DNA of 37,409 nucleotides from Armatimonadota bacterium (GTDB taxonomy: Bacteria; Armatimonadota; UBA10988): the NCBI GenBank assembly GCA_016235455.1, contig JACRKZ010000040.1, positions 1 through 37,409 on the forward strand, given 5' to 3'. The notes beneath the pieces were generated by a model. It was not told the origin of the DNA. It ran no database searches and was given only the letters and a program-made list of their open reading frames with translations. A program made the position numbers and the translations under genes. Below are positions 1-10,008 of this stretch, one piece after another (within the stretch, counting starts at the first letter, position 1; each line of letters begins with the position of its first letter).

Positions 1-836
1 CCATCATCGACGTCGGCGGCACGGTGTCGATGGACCTGCGGCGGGTGGGCAGCGAGCTGCGCGGCACGATCCGCAACGCCATGCCCTATGCGCTGCGCGG
101 CGCGGTCCTCTGTTGGCGAGACCGGATCCGCCCGCTGGGCACCATCGCTCCGAGCGAACAGGTTGACATCGCGAACGCGTGGGGGCCCTGGGCCGCCACG
201 CCAGGGTGCGCTCAGGTGCTGGCTGCGATGGGCCGCGGCAACGTGCCGACCAACGTCCGCGAACTGGTCGCGCGGTACCCCAGACCGGAGCCCGGCGGCA
301 CGGTCCGCCGCGGCGAGTCGCCGGACTCACCCCCGACCCGCGCCACGCTGCTGGCCTGGGTGGAGGCGCCGTGGATGCCGGTCGAGGTGTCGCCCAAGGT
401 CGGCTCCCAGCAGCGCGCCCAGGTTCTGCAGGTCGTGGGCACGGTGGCGCTGGCCTCAAGCGACGAGCGGCGCTACACCCTCGAGGCCTGTCGGGCACGG
501 CGCATCGAGGGAGGGCCCGCGCCGGCGACCATCGCCGTCTATGCCAGTCGCGGCCAACTGCCCAAGTCGGTCAGCCGGCTGGGAGTCAGCGGGCGCACGG
601 GCAATCTGGCGCTGTGGAACCACCGCCGATCCGCCTGGCAACGCCTGTCGGCCGGTGGCAGCGCATCGCTGCCCGCGGCCGACTACCTGCGTGGCGGCCG
701 CGTGTTGCTGCGTGACGACCAGGTGGCAACGGATGGCGGCCGCGACCCCGACGCCGAGACCTACGCGCAACTGACCGCGCCGCCCAAGGACGTGACCATC
801 ACCGCCATCGTGGAGGACCGCCATGGCCAACGCTAG
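1..836 (+). CDS. Hypothetical protein, 5'-truncated; first gene of the ABC cassette
   Basis: The frame is open from the window edge (IIDVGGTVSMDLRR...) to TAG at 836 and overlaps the start of the following permease. No family motif recognised. Confidence 0.6.
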   Translation, partial: IIDVGGTVSMDLRRVGSELRGTIRNAMPYALRGAVLCWRDRIRPLGTIAPSEQVDIANAWGPWAATPGCAQVLAAMGRGNVPTNVRELVARYPRPEPGGTVRRGESPDSPPTRATLLAWVEAPWMPVEVSPKVGSQQRAQVLQVVGTVALASSDERRYTLEACRARRIEGGPAPATIAVYASRGQLPKSVSRLGVSGRTGNLALWNHRRSAWQRLSAGGSASLPAADYLRGGRVLLRDDQVATDGGRDPDAETYAQLTAPPKDVTITAIVEDRHGQR

Positions 837-1638
837 ACCCCGCGGGGTGAACCCCCTGCTCGTCCATTCGCTGCGCCAGTTCATGCGCGCCCGACGCAAG
901 CTGGGCCAGCGGCCGCTGGGGCAGTGGATCATCCTGCTCTCCGCCGCCGCGGCCTATCTGGTGTCGCTGGCCTCGTGGTGGCACCTGGTGCGGCCCGCGG
1001 ACAAGGGCGCCTTCAGCACCGTGGTGATCTGCATGATGATCGGTCTGGGCCTGATGGTGCCCGGCCTGAGCGCCGGCGTGTTCGCCCAGGAGCGCCAGAA
1101 CGGAACGCTCGACCTGCTGCTCACCTGCCCGCTGACCAATCGCGAGCTGGTGCGCGGCAAGCTGCTCGGCCAGTTCCTGGGGCCGCTGACCATCGTCGGC
1201 CTGGCGCTGCCGTTCCTCATCCTGGCCACGCCCGCGGCTGACGCGGCCATGCTGTGGGGCGCCACGCTGAGCACGGTGCCGCCGCTGATCCTCGCGCTGG
1301 TCTGCCTGGGCGTCTACTGCTCGGCCCGTGTGCGCAGCGCCGCCGGGGCGCGGGCAGTAGCCACCGGGGTGGCGCTGACCTTCGGCCTGCTGCTGCCGAT
1401 GCTCGATGCCGCCTTCTGCGAGCTGTCACACCACAGCGAGCCGACCTGGTCGCAGATCTTCTGCCCGTGCGTCAGCTACCTCGGTCTGGTCGGCGAGATC
1501 ACGGAGCCGGGCCTGTCGGCCTTGGGTCCGATCTTCCTGCTGGTCGGCGCCGTCTGGTGCTTCGCGCGGCTGGAGCTTGGCTTCGACCGGTTGGTGCGCA
1601 ACACTGAGTACTCCCCGCGGAGGTCCGCCGATGCTTGA
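823..1638 (+). CDS. ABC-2 type transporter permease
   Basis: Multiple hydrophobic helices; motif 'SAGVFAQERQNGTLDLLLTCPLTNRELVRGKL' is typical of ABC-2 permeases; preceded by GGAGG. Confidence 0.85.
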   Translation: MANARPRGVNPLLVHSLRQFMRARRKLGQRPLGQWIILLSAAAAYLVSLASWWHLVRPADKGAFSTVVICMMIGLGLMVPGLSAGVFAQERQNGTLDLLLTCPLTNRELVRGKLLGQFLGPLTIVGLALPFLILATPAADAAMLWGATLSTVPPLILALVCLGVYCSARVRSAAGARAVATGVALTFGLLLPMLDAAFCELSHHSEPTWSQIFCPCVSYLGLVGEITEPGLSALGPIFLLVGAVWCFARLELGFDRLVRNTEYSPRRSADA

Positions 1639-2563
1639 CCTGGTGAACCTGACCAAGCGCTACCACGACCTGACCGCCGTGGACCATCTCAACCTGCATC
1701 TGGCGCCGGGCGAGATCTTCGGCTTCATCGGCCCCAACGGCGCGGGCAAGACCACCACCATCAAGATGCTGGCCACGCTGCTGCGCCCCACCGAGGGCGA
1801 TGCGCTGGTCGACGGTGTCAGCGTGGTGGCCAAGCCCGAGCAGGTACGCTCGCTGATCGGCTACATGCCCGACAATTTCGGCGTGTACGACGACGTGAAG
1901 GTCTGGGAGTACCTCGACTTCTTCGCCTCGGCCTACCGTATCCCACGCGAGCAGCGCAGCAGCCTGATCGGCGATGTGTTGGCGCTGACCGACCTGCGCA
2001 TCAAGCGCGATGCCTTCGTCGAGGAGCTGTCCCGCGGCATGAAGCAGCGCCTGTGTCTGGCCAAGACGCTGCTGCACGACCCGCCGCTGCTGCTGCTGGA
2101 CGAGCCCGCCTCCGGGCTCGATCCGCGCGCGCGCATCGAGATGCGGGAGCTGCTCAAGCAGCTCCGGCGCACGGGCAAGACCATCCTGATCTCGTCGCAC
2201 ATCCTCTCCGAGTTGGCCGACTTCTGCACCACGGTGGGCATCATCGAGGCCGGCCGGCTGGTGGCCTCGGGCAGTGTCGAGGAGATCATCCAGCAGACCG
2301 GCCTGACCCGCACGCTGGAGCTGCGCATCACCGCCGGCCTGGAGCGCGTCGAGACGGTACTGCGCGAGGTGGAGATGGTGCGCGACGTCGTGGTCGATGC
2401 CGATGCCGGCACCTGCGCGGTGAGCTTCGCCGGCGAACTGGACGACGTGGCCGACCTGCTCAAGATGTTGCTGGACGACGGCGTGCGCGTGGTGCAGGCC
2501 ATGGAGAGCGCCAGCGACCTGGAGGGCCTGTTCATGCGTGTGACGCGTGGCCAGGTGGCCTAG
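1631..2563 (+). CDS. ABC transporter ATP-binding protein
   Basis: Walker A GPNGAGKTT, signature LSRGMKQR, Walker B LLLLDEP, H-loop SSH. Start reassigned to ATG 1631 (MLDLVNLTKRY), overlapping the upstream stop. Confidence 0.95.
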   Translation: MLDLVNLTKRYHDLTAVDHLNLHLAPGEIFGFIGPNGAGKTTTIKMLATLLRPTEGDALVDGVSVVAKPEQVRSLIGYMPDNFGVYDDVKVWEYLDFFASAYRIPREQRSSLIGDVLALTDLRIKRDAFVEELSRGMKQRLCLAKTLLHDPPLLLLDEPASGLDPRARIEMRELLKQLRRTGKTILISSHILSELADFCTTVGIIEAGRLVASGSVEEIIQQTGLTRTLELRITAGLERVETVLREVEMVRDVVVDADAGTCAVSFAGELDDVADLLKMLLDDGVRVVQAMESASDLEGLFMRVTRGQVA

Positions 2564-3892
2564 ATGGAGACCGCCATGTGGGCAGTGGACAACCCGATCA
2601 TCGTACGCGAGCTGCGGGTGCGCATGCGTGGCAACCGCGCGCTGTGGATGCAGGCGGCCTATGTCGGCGTGCTGTCGGTCGTACTATTGCTCGGCTATTG
2701 GCAGGCCAGCCAACGGCCCGAGGCCGTGGCCGACGGGCAACTGGGGCAGCTCATGTTCGCCTGGCTGAGCGTGGCCCAGGGCCTGTTGCTGTGCCTCATG
2801 GTGCCGGCCCTGGCGGCCGGGGCCATCAGCGCGGAGTATGAGCAGCAGACGCTGGACAACCTGTTCGCCTCGTCGATGAGCACCAGCCGGCTGTTCTGGG
2901 GCAAACTGGTGGCCTCCTCGCTGTTCGTCGGCCAACTGCTGACCACGGGCCTGCCGCTCATGGCGCTCTGCTACCTGCTCGGCGGCGTGAGCATGACGCA
3001 GTTGCTCGGTGTCTATGCGGTACAGGTGAGCGCCTGTCTGGTGCTCTCGGCCATCGGGCTGGGCTGCAGCCTGCATTGCCGCAACACCATCCTGGCCACC
3101 ACCGCCAGCTACGTCACAGTCATCGGCTATGTCATCTTCACCTCGGCCGTCGCCGCCGGCACCGCGGCGCTCGGGGCCGTCAGCCCGTTGGTGGCCAGCT
3201 CGGCCGACGACGGCGGCATCCGGCTCGTCGCGGTGGCGGTGGGCTTCACACTGGCCATCGCCTTCCTGACCCTCGACTTCAGCGTGTGCCGCGCGCGGCT
3301 GCTGCGCGACGGGCTGGTCTCGTGGCGACCGCGGCTGTGGCTGGCGGCGGTGGCGCTGGGCCTGGTGACTTGGAGCCACCACGACTCCGCTAGCGATGCG
3401 CCCGGCCTGGCGGTGCTCCTCGGCATCCTCCTGGCCCTGCTGCTGGTCTCGGGCGACGACGGCACGGAGCCGCGCCGGCGCGTCCTCTGGTGGCAGTTCT
3501 GGCGCCATGCGCCCGAGAGCGCGCCGCTGTTCGTCGCGCTGGCCACCATGGGCATGTTGCTGGCCGGCACCGATGTGGTCAAGCTCGATGACCATCCGCT
3601 GGCCTTCGGCGCCTGCACCCTCGCCGTGCTCATGGTCGCAGCCGTCACACGCGCCTTCCACACCGCCGCTGGCCGCGTCTGGCCGGCTCGGTTCATGGCC
3701 GTCACCGCGGTCTGCGTGGGAACACTGCTCATCTCGGCCAGCACCGTGGCGCAGGAACTCATGTCGCCGTGGGAGGGGTTCAACAAAGAAGCTGCCTGGG
3801 CATTCTCCCTGGCGCAGATGCTGCTCTACGCCTGGATCAGCGTGGTGATGCTGTACCTGATGTGGCGCCGGCGCGTGTTTGCACCGCGCTGA
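2564..3892 (+). CDS. ABC-2 type permease with extended C-terminal membrane region
   Basis: 'NPIIVRELRVRMRG', 'AGAISAEYEQQTLDNL...GKL' and many TM segments; abuts the ATPase stop. Confidence 0.85.
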   Translation: METAMWAVDNPIIVRELRVRMRGNRALWMQAAYVGVLSVVLLLGYWQASQRPEAVADGQLGQLMFAWLSVAQGLLLCLMVPALAAGAISAEYEQQTLDNLFASSMSTSRLFWGKLVASSLFVGQLLTTGLPLMALCYLLGGVSMTQLLGVYAVQVSACLVLSAIGLGCSLHCRNTILATTASYVTVIGYVIFTSAVAAGTAALGAVSPLVASSADDGGIRLVAVAVGFTLAIAFLTLDFSVCRARLLRDGLVSWRPRLWLAAVALGLVTWSHHDSASDAPGLAVLLGILLALLLVSGDDGTEPRRRVLWWQFWRHAPESAPLFVALATMGMLLAGTDVVKLDDHPLAFGACTLAVLMVAAVTRAFHTAAGRVWPARFMAVTAVCVGTLLISASTVAQELMSPWEGFNKEAAWAFSLAQMLLYAWISVVMLYLMWRRRVFAPR

Positions 3893-3959
3893 TGAGCGCT
3901 TGGTGGCACCGGCCACGTGGCCGGTGTTCGCCAGGTGAATGCGTTGGGCCGGCGAGATC

Positions 3960-6023
3960 TCAGACCGCGTGCTCGGTGCGAGCGATGACCTCGTCCTGCA
4001 TGCCGCGTTCGAGGTGAACGAAGTAATCGGAGTAGCCGGCCACGCGGACCACCAGGTCGCGGTACTGCTCCGGATCGGCCTGCGCCGCCAGCAGCGTCGC
4101 GCGGTCCTGCACGTTGACCTGGATCTCCAGGCCGCCACGCCGCAGATAGGTCTCGATGACCCCGCGCACGGCCGCGCGGCCGCTGGCCCGCGCGAAGGTG
4201 GCCGCGCCGAACTTCACGTTGTGTACCAGCCCGCCCAACGCTGCCTCGTGCGACCAGGTAGTCGTCGACAGCACTGCGGCGGTCGGCCCACACAACTCAC
4301 GGCCTTGGGCTGGGCCGGCGCCGTCGGCCAGCGGCTGACCGGCCCGTCGGCCGTCGGGGGTGGCGCCGGTCTGGCGACCCAGATGCTCGTGCTGGATCCA
4401 GCAGAAGAAACCCGGCACGTAGCGATGCCCGCCGATCTCGTGGCGGCTCGTCTCGTCCATCAGCCAGGTGGCCCACTCGCCGGCCAGCGCGTCAGCCTCG
4501 GCTTGGTCGTTGCCATAGTGCGGCAGCGCCGTGAGCACGCGCCGACGCAACGGCTCGGCACCAGCCCAGTCGGCGGCCAGCACCTCGGTCAGCTCGGCCA
4601 GGCTCAGCTCGCCCTGCTCATAGACCAGCCGCCGCACGGCCAGCAGGCCGTCCACCAGGTTGGCCAGCCCGACGAAGGAGTTCTCCACCCAGTGGTAGCG
4701 GCAGCCGCCCTGGTCGAAGTCGACGCCGCGCGCCACGCAGTCGGCCGTGAGCGCGCTGGCCAGCGGGAATCCGCCGGTTACCGCGCGCCGCCACCAAGTG
4801 GCATCGAGCGAGGTCGCGGCCTCGGCGATGCGCGCCGAGAGCACCGACCGCACCGCCGCTGACAAGGCGTCGAACGTGGCCGGCGCCGTGGCCAGCCCGT
4901 CGAGCAGGGCCTGGGCCAGGTTGAAGTACGGCGTAGCCACCCAGATGTTGCTCGCGCCGGCCACCTTGATCTCGACGCAGGTGCTGTTCATCCACCGGTA
5001 GCTGTCGGCCGCGCTCACGCCGTGAGCGCGCAGGCCATCGACAATGCACTGGTCGCCGAAGAACGCGGGGCAGCCGATGCCGCTGGCCAACATGCGCACG
5101 CCGTAGTCGACCAGTTCGTCGGGCGTGCCCTCATGCCAGGCGATGCCCACCGTCGGGTAGACCAGTTGCGTGGCCCGCCGCGCGGCCAGCGCCAGGTAGC
5201 TCAGATCGTTGGTCACATCCTGCCCGGCGGCATCACGCCCGCCGACGATGACCGCCAGCGCCAGCCCAGCAGGCACGATCTCGTTGAGCTGAATGTACAG
5301 GCAGCAGAGCAACTCGAAGGCGCGCTCGGGCGTGGTGCGCCCCCCGGCCAGGTCTGCCTCGTAGAACCCGCGCAGCACCTGGTCGACGCGGCCAGGGTTG
5401 GTCAGGTAATGGTCCTCGGCCACCTGCAGCGCGGCGATGGTCCCCCACATCAGCTGGGCCGCCTCGTGCAGCGTCGTCGGCGCCTGATGCGCGATGCGGC
5501 GGCACACCGCGCCGACCTCTGCGTCGGGGCAGGCCTCTCCCACCCGCTCGAACCAGGCGCTCAGCCCGCGTAGCGCCACGACGTCCGCGCGGCGCGACTC
5601 GGTGGGCTCCAGCGCTTCGATGTCGGCGATCAGGCCGTCGATGCCACGGCCGAACAGCGTCGGCCAGTCGGGATGCAGGTGCCCGCAGTCACCACCGGGG
5701 AATGCCGGGATCTCGGCCAGCACGGCCCGCGCGGCTGCCTGCGCGGCCTGATCGTCGGCCGTCTCGGCGCGGAAGCAGGGCCGTCCGACCAGCAGCTCGC
5801 CGGGAGAGAAGGACAACGGCATGGCCGCCAGCCGGGCCGCGACGCGTCTCGCGCGCCAGACCAGCCAGGGCTCATCGGCAGGGCGCGCCGTCCAGGCCTC
5901 GGCCTCGGCCAGCGTCAGCTCGGGCACGCCCGGCAGCGGCTGACGCTGAGTCTCCAGCGCCGCGTCGCGCAGCCCGCGTAGTACCGGTGAAAGGGTCCAG
6001 TCGAGCGTCGCGTCGCGGTCCAT
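3960..6023 (-). CDS. Glycyl radical enzyme (PFL-like family), substrate unknown
   Basis: C-terminal glycyl-radical motif LVVRVAGYS, 'GATPDGRRAG', single active-site Cys in NSTCVE. Start taken at ATG 6023, just after the activase stop. Confidence 0.9.
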   Translation of the reverse strand: MDRDATLDWTLSPVLRGLRDAALETQRQPLPGVPELTLAEAEAWTARPADEPWLVWRARRVAARLAAMPLSFSPGELLVGRPCFRAETADDQAAQAAARAVLAEIPAFPGGDCGHLHPDWPTLFGRGIDGLIADIEALEPTESRRADVVALRGLSAWFERVGEACPDAEVGAVCRRIAHQAPTTLHEAAQLMWGTIAALQVAEDHYLTNPGRVDQVLRGFYEADLAGGRTTPERAFELLCCLYIQLNEIVPAGLALAVIVGGRDAAGQDVTNDLSYLALAARRATQLVYPTVGIAWHEGTPDELVDYGVRMLASGIGCPAFFGDQCIVDGLRAHGVSAADSYRWMNSTCVEIKVAGASNIWVATPYFNLAQALLDGLATAPATFDALSAAVRSVLSARIAEAATSLDATWWRRAVTGGFPLASALTADCVARGVDFDQGGCRYHWVENSFVGLANLVDGLLAVRRLVYEQGELSLAELTEVLAADWAGAEPLRRRVLTALPHYGNDQAEADALAGEWATWLMDETSRHEIGGHRYVPGFFCWIQHEHLGRQTGATPDGRRAGQPLADGAGPAQGRELCGPTAAVLSTTTWSHEAALGGLVHNVKFGAATFARASGRAAVRGVIETYLRRGGLEIQVNVQDRATLLAAQADPEQYRDLVVRVAGYSDYFVHLERGMQDEVIARTEHAV

Positions 6024-6028
6024 GGCGG

Positions 6029-6967
6029 CTACACCTCGTTGACGACGGTCACACCCAGCGCGCGCAGGTCTCGGACCCATGAGGCCACGAGTTCGCGGCT
6101 GGGCGTCTCGAACACCTGCGGCTCGGGCGGCAGCCCCAAGCGCTCGCGCTTGCCGGTGCCCAGCCGGTGATAGGGCATGATCTCGAAGCCGAGCAGACCA
6201 GGCAACTCGCGTGACAGCGCCGCGACCATCAACCAACGCTCGGGCTGGTCGTTGACCCCTGGCACCGTGGGCAGCCGCACCAGGATCGACGCACCCGCGG
6301 CGTGCAGTTCGCGCAGGTTGGCCAGGATCGGCTCGTTGGGCGCACCGGTCAGATCACGGTGGCTGGCGCTGTCAGGCGCCTTCAGGTCCACCATCCACAG
6401 ATCGACCAGCGGCAGCAGGCGCTCATAGTCGGCCCACGGCGCGAGGCCGCAACTTTCTACGGCGCAGTGCAGGCCAGCCGCCTTGGCGCCGGCCAGCAGC
6501 GCATGGCTGAACTCGGGCTGTGCCAGCGGCTCGCCGCCGGACAGAGTCATGCCGCCGCCGCTGGTCTCGTAGAAGGGCCGGTCGCGCATGACCTCGGCCA
6601 GCGCCTCGCCGGCGGTCAGGTCGCGGCCGACCATCTGCAGCGCCTGGGCATGGCACTCGGCCACGCAGGCGCCGCACACCGTGCAATCGGCGCGGTCGAA
6701 CAGGTGGCGTCCCTCGGCATCCATGCTGTGTGCGCCGCGGGGGCAGGCGGCCACACACGCGCCACAGGCGATGCAACTCGCGGGGACGTAGGACAGTTGC
6801 AGCGCGCTCTCGCCACTTTCGGGATTGTGGCACCACAGGCAGCGCAGCGGGCAGCCCTTGAGAAAGACCGTCGTGCGGATGCCCGGCCCGTCGTGGATGG
6901 CGAAGCGCTGGATATCAAAAACACGCCCGACCGTGTTCAGGTCGGGCGTGTGAAGTCCTTGAGCCAT
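6029..6967 (-). CDS. Glycyl-radical enzyme activating protein (radical SAM with ferredoxin insert)
   Basis: 'HDGPGIRTTVFLKGCPLRCLWCHNPE' (CxxxCxxC), two CxxCxxCxxxC clusters and 'GGMTLSGGEPL'. Confidence 0.95.
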   Translation of the reverse strand: MAQGLHTPDLNTVGRVFDIQRFAIHDGPGIRTTVFLKGCPLRCLWCHNPESGESALQLSYVPASCIACGACVAACPRGAHSMDAEGRHLFDRADCTVCGACVAECHAQALQMVGRDLTAGEALAEVMRDRPFYETSGGGMTLSGGEPLAQPEFSHALLAGAKAAGLHCAVESCGLAPWADYERLLPLVDLWMVDLKAPDSASHRDLTGAPNEPILANLRELHAAGASILVRLPTVPGVNDQPERWLMVAALSRELPGLLGFEIMPYHRLGTGKRERLGLPPEPQVFETPSRELVASWVRDLRALGVTVVNEV

Positions 6968-6973
6968 AGCCCT

Positions 6974-8629
6974 CTACTGTGCGGTCTTTGGCGTGGCCGT
7001 GCTCGACACCCAGTTGGGCGACGGCGTGGTGGGGCCGGTGTTCGGTCCAAGCGTGACCACACCGACCGCCTCCTGGCTGGGCAGCGCGTAGGCCACGGCG
7101 TCGCTCTTGGGCGACCACAGCGTGCCGGCGGTAGAACCTTCCGACTTCTCGGTGATCAGCGTCCAGGGCAGGCGCGCCGTGTTGTCGGTGGCGCCAACCA
7201 CCAGGCGACCGCTGCACTTCTGGCGGTACGACGAGGCTTCGTCGGTGCAGATGCTGTCGGGCGAGCCCTGCCAGTAAGCGGCGAGCCGGCCGTCGGGCGA
7301 GACGTCGATCTTGCCGTAGACGAACGTGTCGCGCAGCAGCGGATGGTAGTACAGCGGGTTGGCGGGGTCGTAGACCTCCCACACCGGCTCATGACCGAGG
7401 TCGGGCCGGCGGTCGCAGAGGACCAGCAGGTCGGCCTTGGGCAGCCAGTTGGCGGCGATGACCGGCCGGTCGGGCGAGCCCAGCGGCACGAGCGCCTTGG
7501 TCTCGACGTTGACCGCGGAGAACGAGCGGTCGTTCTCCTTGTACAGCACCCACTTGCCCGTGGGCGAGGCCCACGCGCCGGAGACGCTGATGTCCTTGAC
7601 GGTGGTCACCAGCGGGCCACTGCCACTGCCGTCGGCGGCGGCCAGCAGCAGGTCGCCTTCCTTGGACTGCACCATGACTTTGTCGTTGCCGAGCCAGGCG
7701 GCGTAGTTGCCGTCGGCCACGGCCTTGGCCGCAGTGCCCTGAGCCACCATGACCTTGCCATCGGCGCCGTACAGCAGCTTGCTGCCGTCAGCGGACCAAA
7801 CGGGGTTGAGGCTGAGCTTGCAGGGCGCCAACTCCGTGGCGGTGGCGCCGTCGGCGGACACCAGGGCCAGCAGGTTGGTCGGCACCTTCTCAGGATCGGC
7901 GTCGGGCACGCAGGCCACGGTCACCAGACCCTTGCCTTCGGGCGCGGCAATGAGCTTCTCGGGCGCCACGGTGAACGACGCGGCCAGCGGCGTCACGGCG
8001 CTGGACACCAGGTCGACACTGTTGACCACCGGTGGCGTGCCGGGCTTGGCGTCCAGGGCCACGCCATAGGCGGTCTTGCCCGTGGCGGCGACGCCAATGA
8101 GCTTCTGTCCGGGGGCAACCAGGCGCGGGTTGGCACCGTCAGCGTCGGCCACGCAGATGCCCACGCCCATGCGGGTGTAGACCAACTCGTTGCCGTCACC
8201 CGTCCACAGCGGATTGGCGGCGCGCTCGATGCGCTTGTGACCGCGGATGGCCATGGCGGCGGGCGCCACGTTGGCCAGGTCGGGTCGCGGATAATAGGGT
8301 GACTCGCCCATGCGCTCCAGCGCGGCAGCCGACTCGATGGCCCGCACCGTGCCGGGCTGGCGGCGTAGGATGATGCGGAACTGCTCGGCGGCCTCGGCCT
8401 TCTTGCCTTCCTCGGCCAAGACCCAGCCCAGCGTCCAGCGCGCATCGACATGGTCGGGATTCTCGCGCACAGCAGCGCTCAGCGCGGCCTCCGAGAGGTC
8501 GTACCGAGCGGCCAGCTTGTGCTTGCAGCCCGCTTCGTAGAGCCACTGAGCCGTGCGCTCTTGCGCCGGCGCCTGAGAGGCGCAAATGCTCACCAACAGC
8601 GCGCCAGCCCACACCGTGCCACGTCCCAT
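6974..8629 (-). CDS. Secreted TPR protein with TolB-like beta-propeller
   Basis: Signal-like N-terminus after a GGAGG RBS (ATG 8629); TPR segment 'NPDHVDARWTLGWVLAEEGKKAEAAEQFR'; repeated WSADG/SPDG/SPTG/WSPK propeller motifs. Confidence 0.8.
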   Translation of the reverse strand: MGRGTVWAGALLVSICASQAPAQERTAQWLYEAGCKHKLAARYDLSEAALSAAVRENPDHVDARWTLGWVLAEEGKKAEAAEQFRIILRRQPGTVRAIESAAALERMGESPYYPRPDLANVAPAAMAIRGHKRIERAANPLWTGDGNELVYTRMGVGICVADADGANPRLVAPGQKLIGVAATGKTAYGVALDAKPGTPPVVNSVDLVSSAVTPLAASFTVAPEKLIAAPEGKGLVTVACVPDADPEKVPTNLLALVSADGATATELAPCKLSLNPVWSADGSKLLYGADGKVMVAQGTAAKAVADGNYAAWLGNDKVMVQSKEGDLLLAAADGSGSGPLVTTVKDISVSGAWASPTGKWVLYKENDRSFSAVNVETKALVPLGSPDRPVIAANWLPKADLLVLCDRRPDLGHEPVWEVYDPANPLYYHPLLRDTFVYGKIDVSPDGRLAAYWQGSPDSICTDEASSYRQKCSGRLVVGATDNTARLPWTLITEKSEGSTAGTLWSPKSDAVAYALPSQEAVGVVTLGPNTGPTTPSPNWVSSTATPKTAQ

Positions 8630-8749
8630 GCCTGTCTCCTCCGCACACCGCTGGGTCCACAGGACCACGCGTCCCAGCGACCCGCATGTCGCCCAGGTGT
8701 TGGACAACGCCGCGCCCCAAACGACGCGGCAAACCCAAGCCGACGCGCC

Positions 8750-8758
8750 ATTGTAGCA
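8750..8758 (-). promoter_or_regulatory. Candidate extended -10 promoter element (TGCTACAAT)
   Basis: TGn-TACAAT on the minus strand about 120 nt upstream of the TPR/propeller gene. Confidence 0.4.
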
Positions 8759-8865
8759 GATCCGAACGCGGCATGCAGGCCGATTCGCCGTTGAATCGGC
8801 CCAGCCGGCGCGAAAACGGTGTCAGGGACCGTTTCTTGCGCGCAAGATTCGCGGAGCCGCCTTGG

Positions 8866-9864
8866 CTAGCGAGCCTTGACCTTGACCACGCTGCCCGTGC
8901 GCGCGGACTCATAGATGGCGTCCATGAGTTCGCTCTGGTTGATGCCGTTGAGCGGGCTGGTCTTCGGATCGTCCTTGCCCAGCAGGGCAGCAACGAAGTT
9001 GTCCATCGGGTTGCCCGTGGCGCCCGTGATGTGCGGGTACTTGACGGCCTGGCCGTTCTTCCAGATCTTGATCCACGAGCCGCCCCAGCCGTCGACCTCG
9101 ACGCGGCCGCCGTCGAAGGCGAGCATCAGGCCGGCGCCGGAATCGGGGCAGTTGCCGCCGACGACGATGGTGGCGAACGTGCCGCTGGCGAAGCGGATGT
9201 TCACGCTACCGTTGATGTCCACAGGCGTGTCGATGTTGTCGACGAAGGCCTGCACCTGGTCCACCTGCTGCTCGACCAGCCAGACCAGCGAGTTGAACAG
9301 GTGCGCGCCACTGTCGTACATCTGCCCGCCGCCCGACAGGGCCGGGTCCTGGCGCCACGTGCCGCGCGTGCCCTTGCGCCAGTTCTGCGTCAGCCAGCCG
9401 CTGATCAACTCCAGCTTGCCCAGTTCGCCCGAGCGGATCAGCTCGCGCAGGTAGGCGAACTCGGGTGTGCACGGGGTGTTGTAGCCGATGGTCAGCAGCT
9501 TGCCCGTCTCCTTGACCTTGGCCGCCAGGGCGTGGGCCTGGTCCGAGTCGGTGACCATGGGCTTTTCCATGAGCACGTTCACGCCGGCTTCCAGCGCCTG
9601 CACGCCCTGCTCGTAGTGCAGCGTGTGCGGGGTGACGATGGCCACGCCGTCGAGCTTGGCCTCGGCATACATCTTGGCCGGGTCCGTGTAGATGGCCGGC
9701 TTGGTGGCGTAGTCGCTCAGGCAGCGCTTGATGAAGCCCTCAACCTGTGCCTCGCTGACGTCGCACAGCGCGACGATCTCACAGTCGGGGTTGACCTTGA
9801 AGCGGCTGGCATGAGCGCCGGCCATGCCACCACAGCCCAGAATACCGATACGTACCTTCGACAT
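8866..9864 (-). CDS. Gfo/Idh/MocA family oxidoreductase
   Basis: 'KVRIGILGCGGMA' Rossmann start, 'VLMEKPM', 'WRQDPALSGGGQMYDSGAH'. Start ATG 9864 after GAGG. Confidence 0.92.
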   Translation of the reverse strand: MSKVRIGILGCGGMAGAHASRFKVNPDCEIVALCDVSEAQVEGFIKRCLSDYATKPAIYTDPAKMYAEAKLDGVAIVTPHTLHYEQGVQALEAGVNVLMEKPMVTDSDQAHALAAKVKETGKLLTIGYNTPCTPEFAYLRELIRSGELGKLELISGWLTQNWRKGTRGTWRQDPALSGGGQMYDSGAHLFNSLVWLVEQQVDQVQAFVDNIDTPVDINGSVNIRFASGTFATIVVGGNCPDSGAGLMLAFDGGRVEVDGWGGSWIKIWKNGQAVKYPHITGATGNPMDNFVAALLGKDDPKTSPLNGINQSELMDAIYESARTGSVVKVKAR

Positions 9865-9937
9865 CAGTTCATCCTCTAGAGCGGAGTTGGCCGCCGTTTC
9901 GGCGAACGGGCGCGCCCTCCTTCGGCCAGCTTTGGCC

Positions 9938-9983
9938 AAACACAAAAAGACAGCGTCGAGCGGATCCACTCCGCTCGACGCTG
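9938..9983 (-). terminator. Intrinsic terminator
   Basis: Perfect 14-bp stem CAGCGTCGAGCGGA/TCCGCTCGACGCTG (9951-9983) followed on the minus strand by TCTTTTTGTGTTT, downstream of the 10009-10794 gene. Confidence 0.85.
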
Positions 9984-10008
9984 CTCCGAATGGGGCTGGC
10001 GCCGCCGA

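Noticed and set aside
3960-6023. Annotation as pyruvate formate-lyase (pflB)
   Set aside because: No adjacent Cys-Cys pair, and the activase has the ferredoxin insert typical of non-PFL GRE activases.
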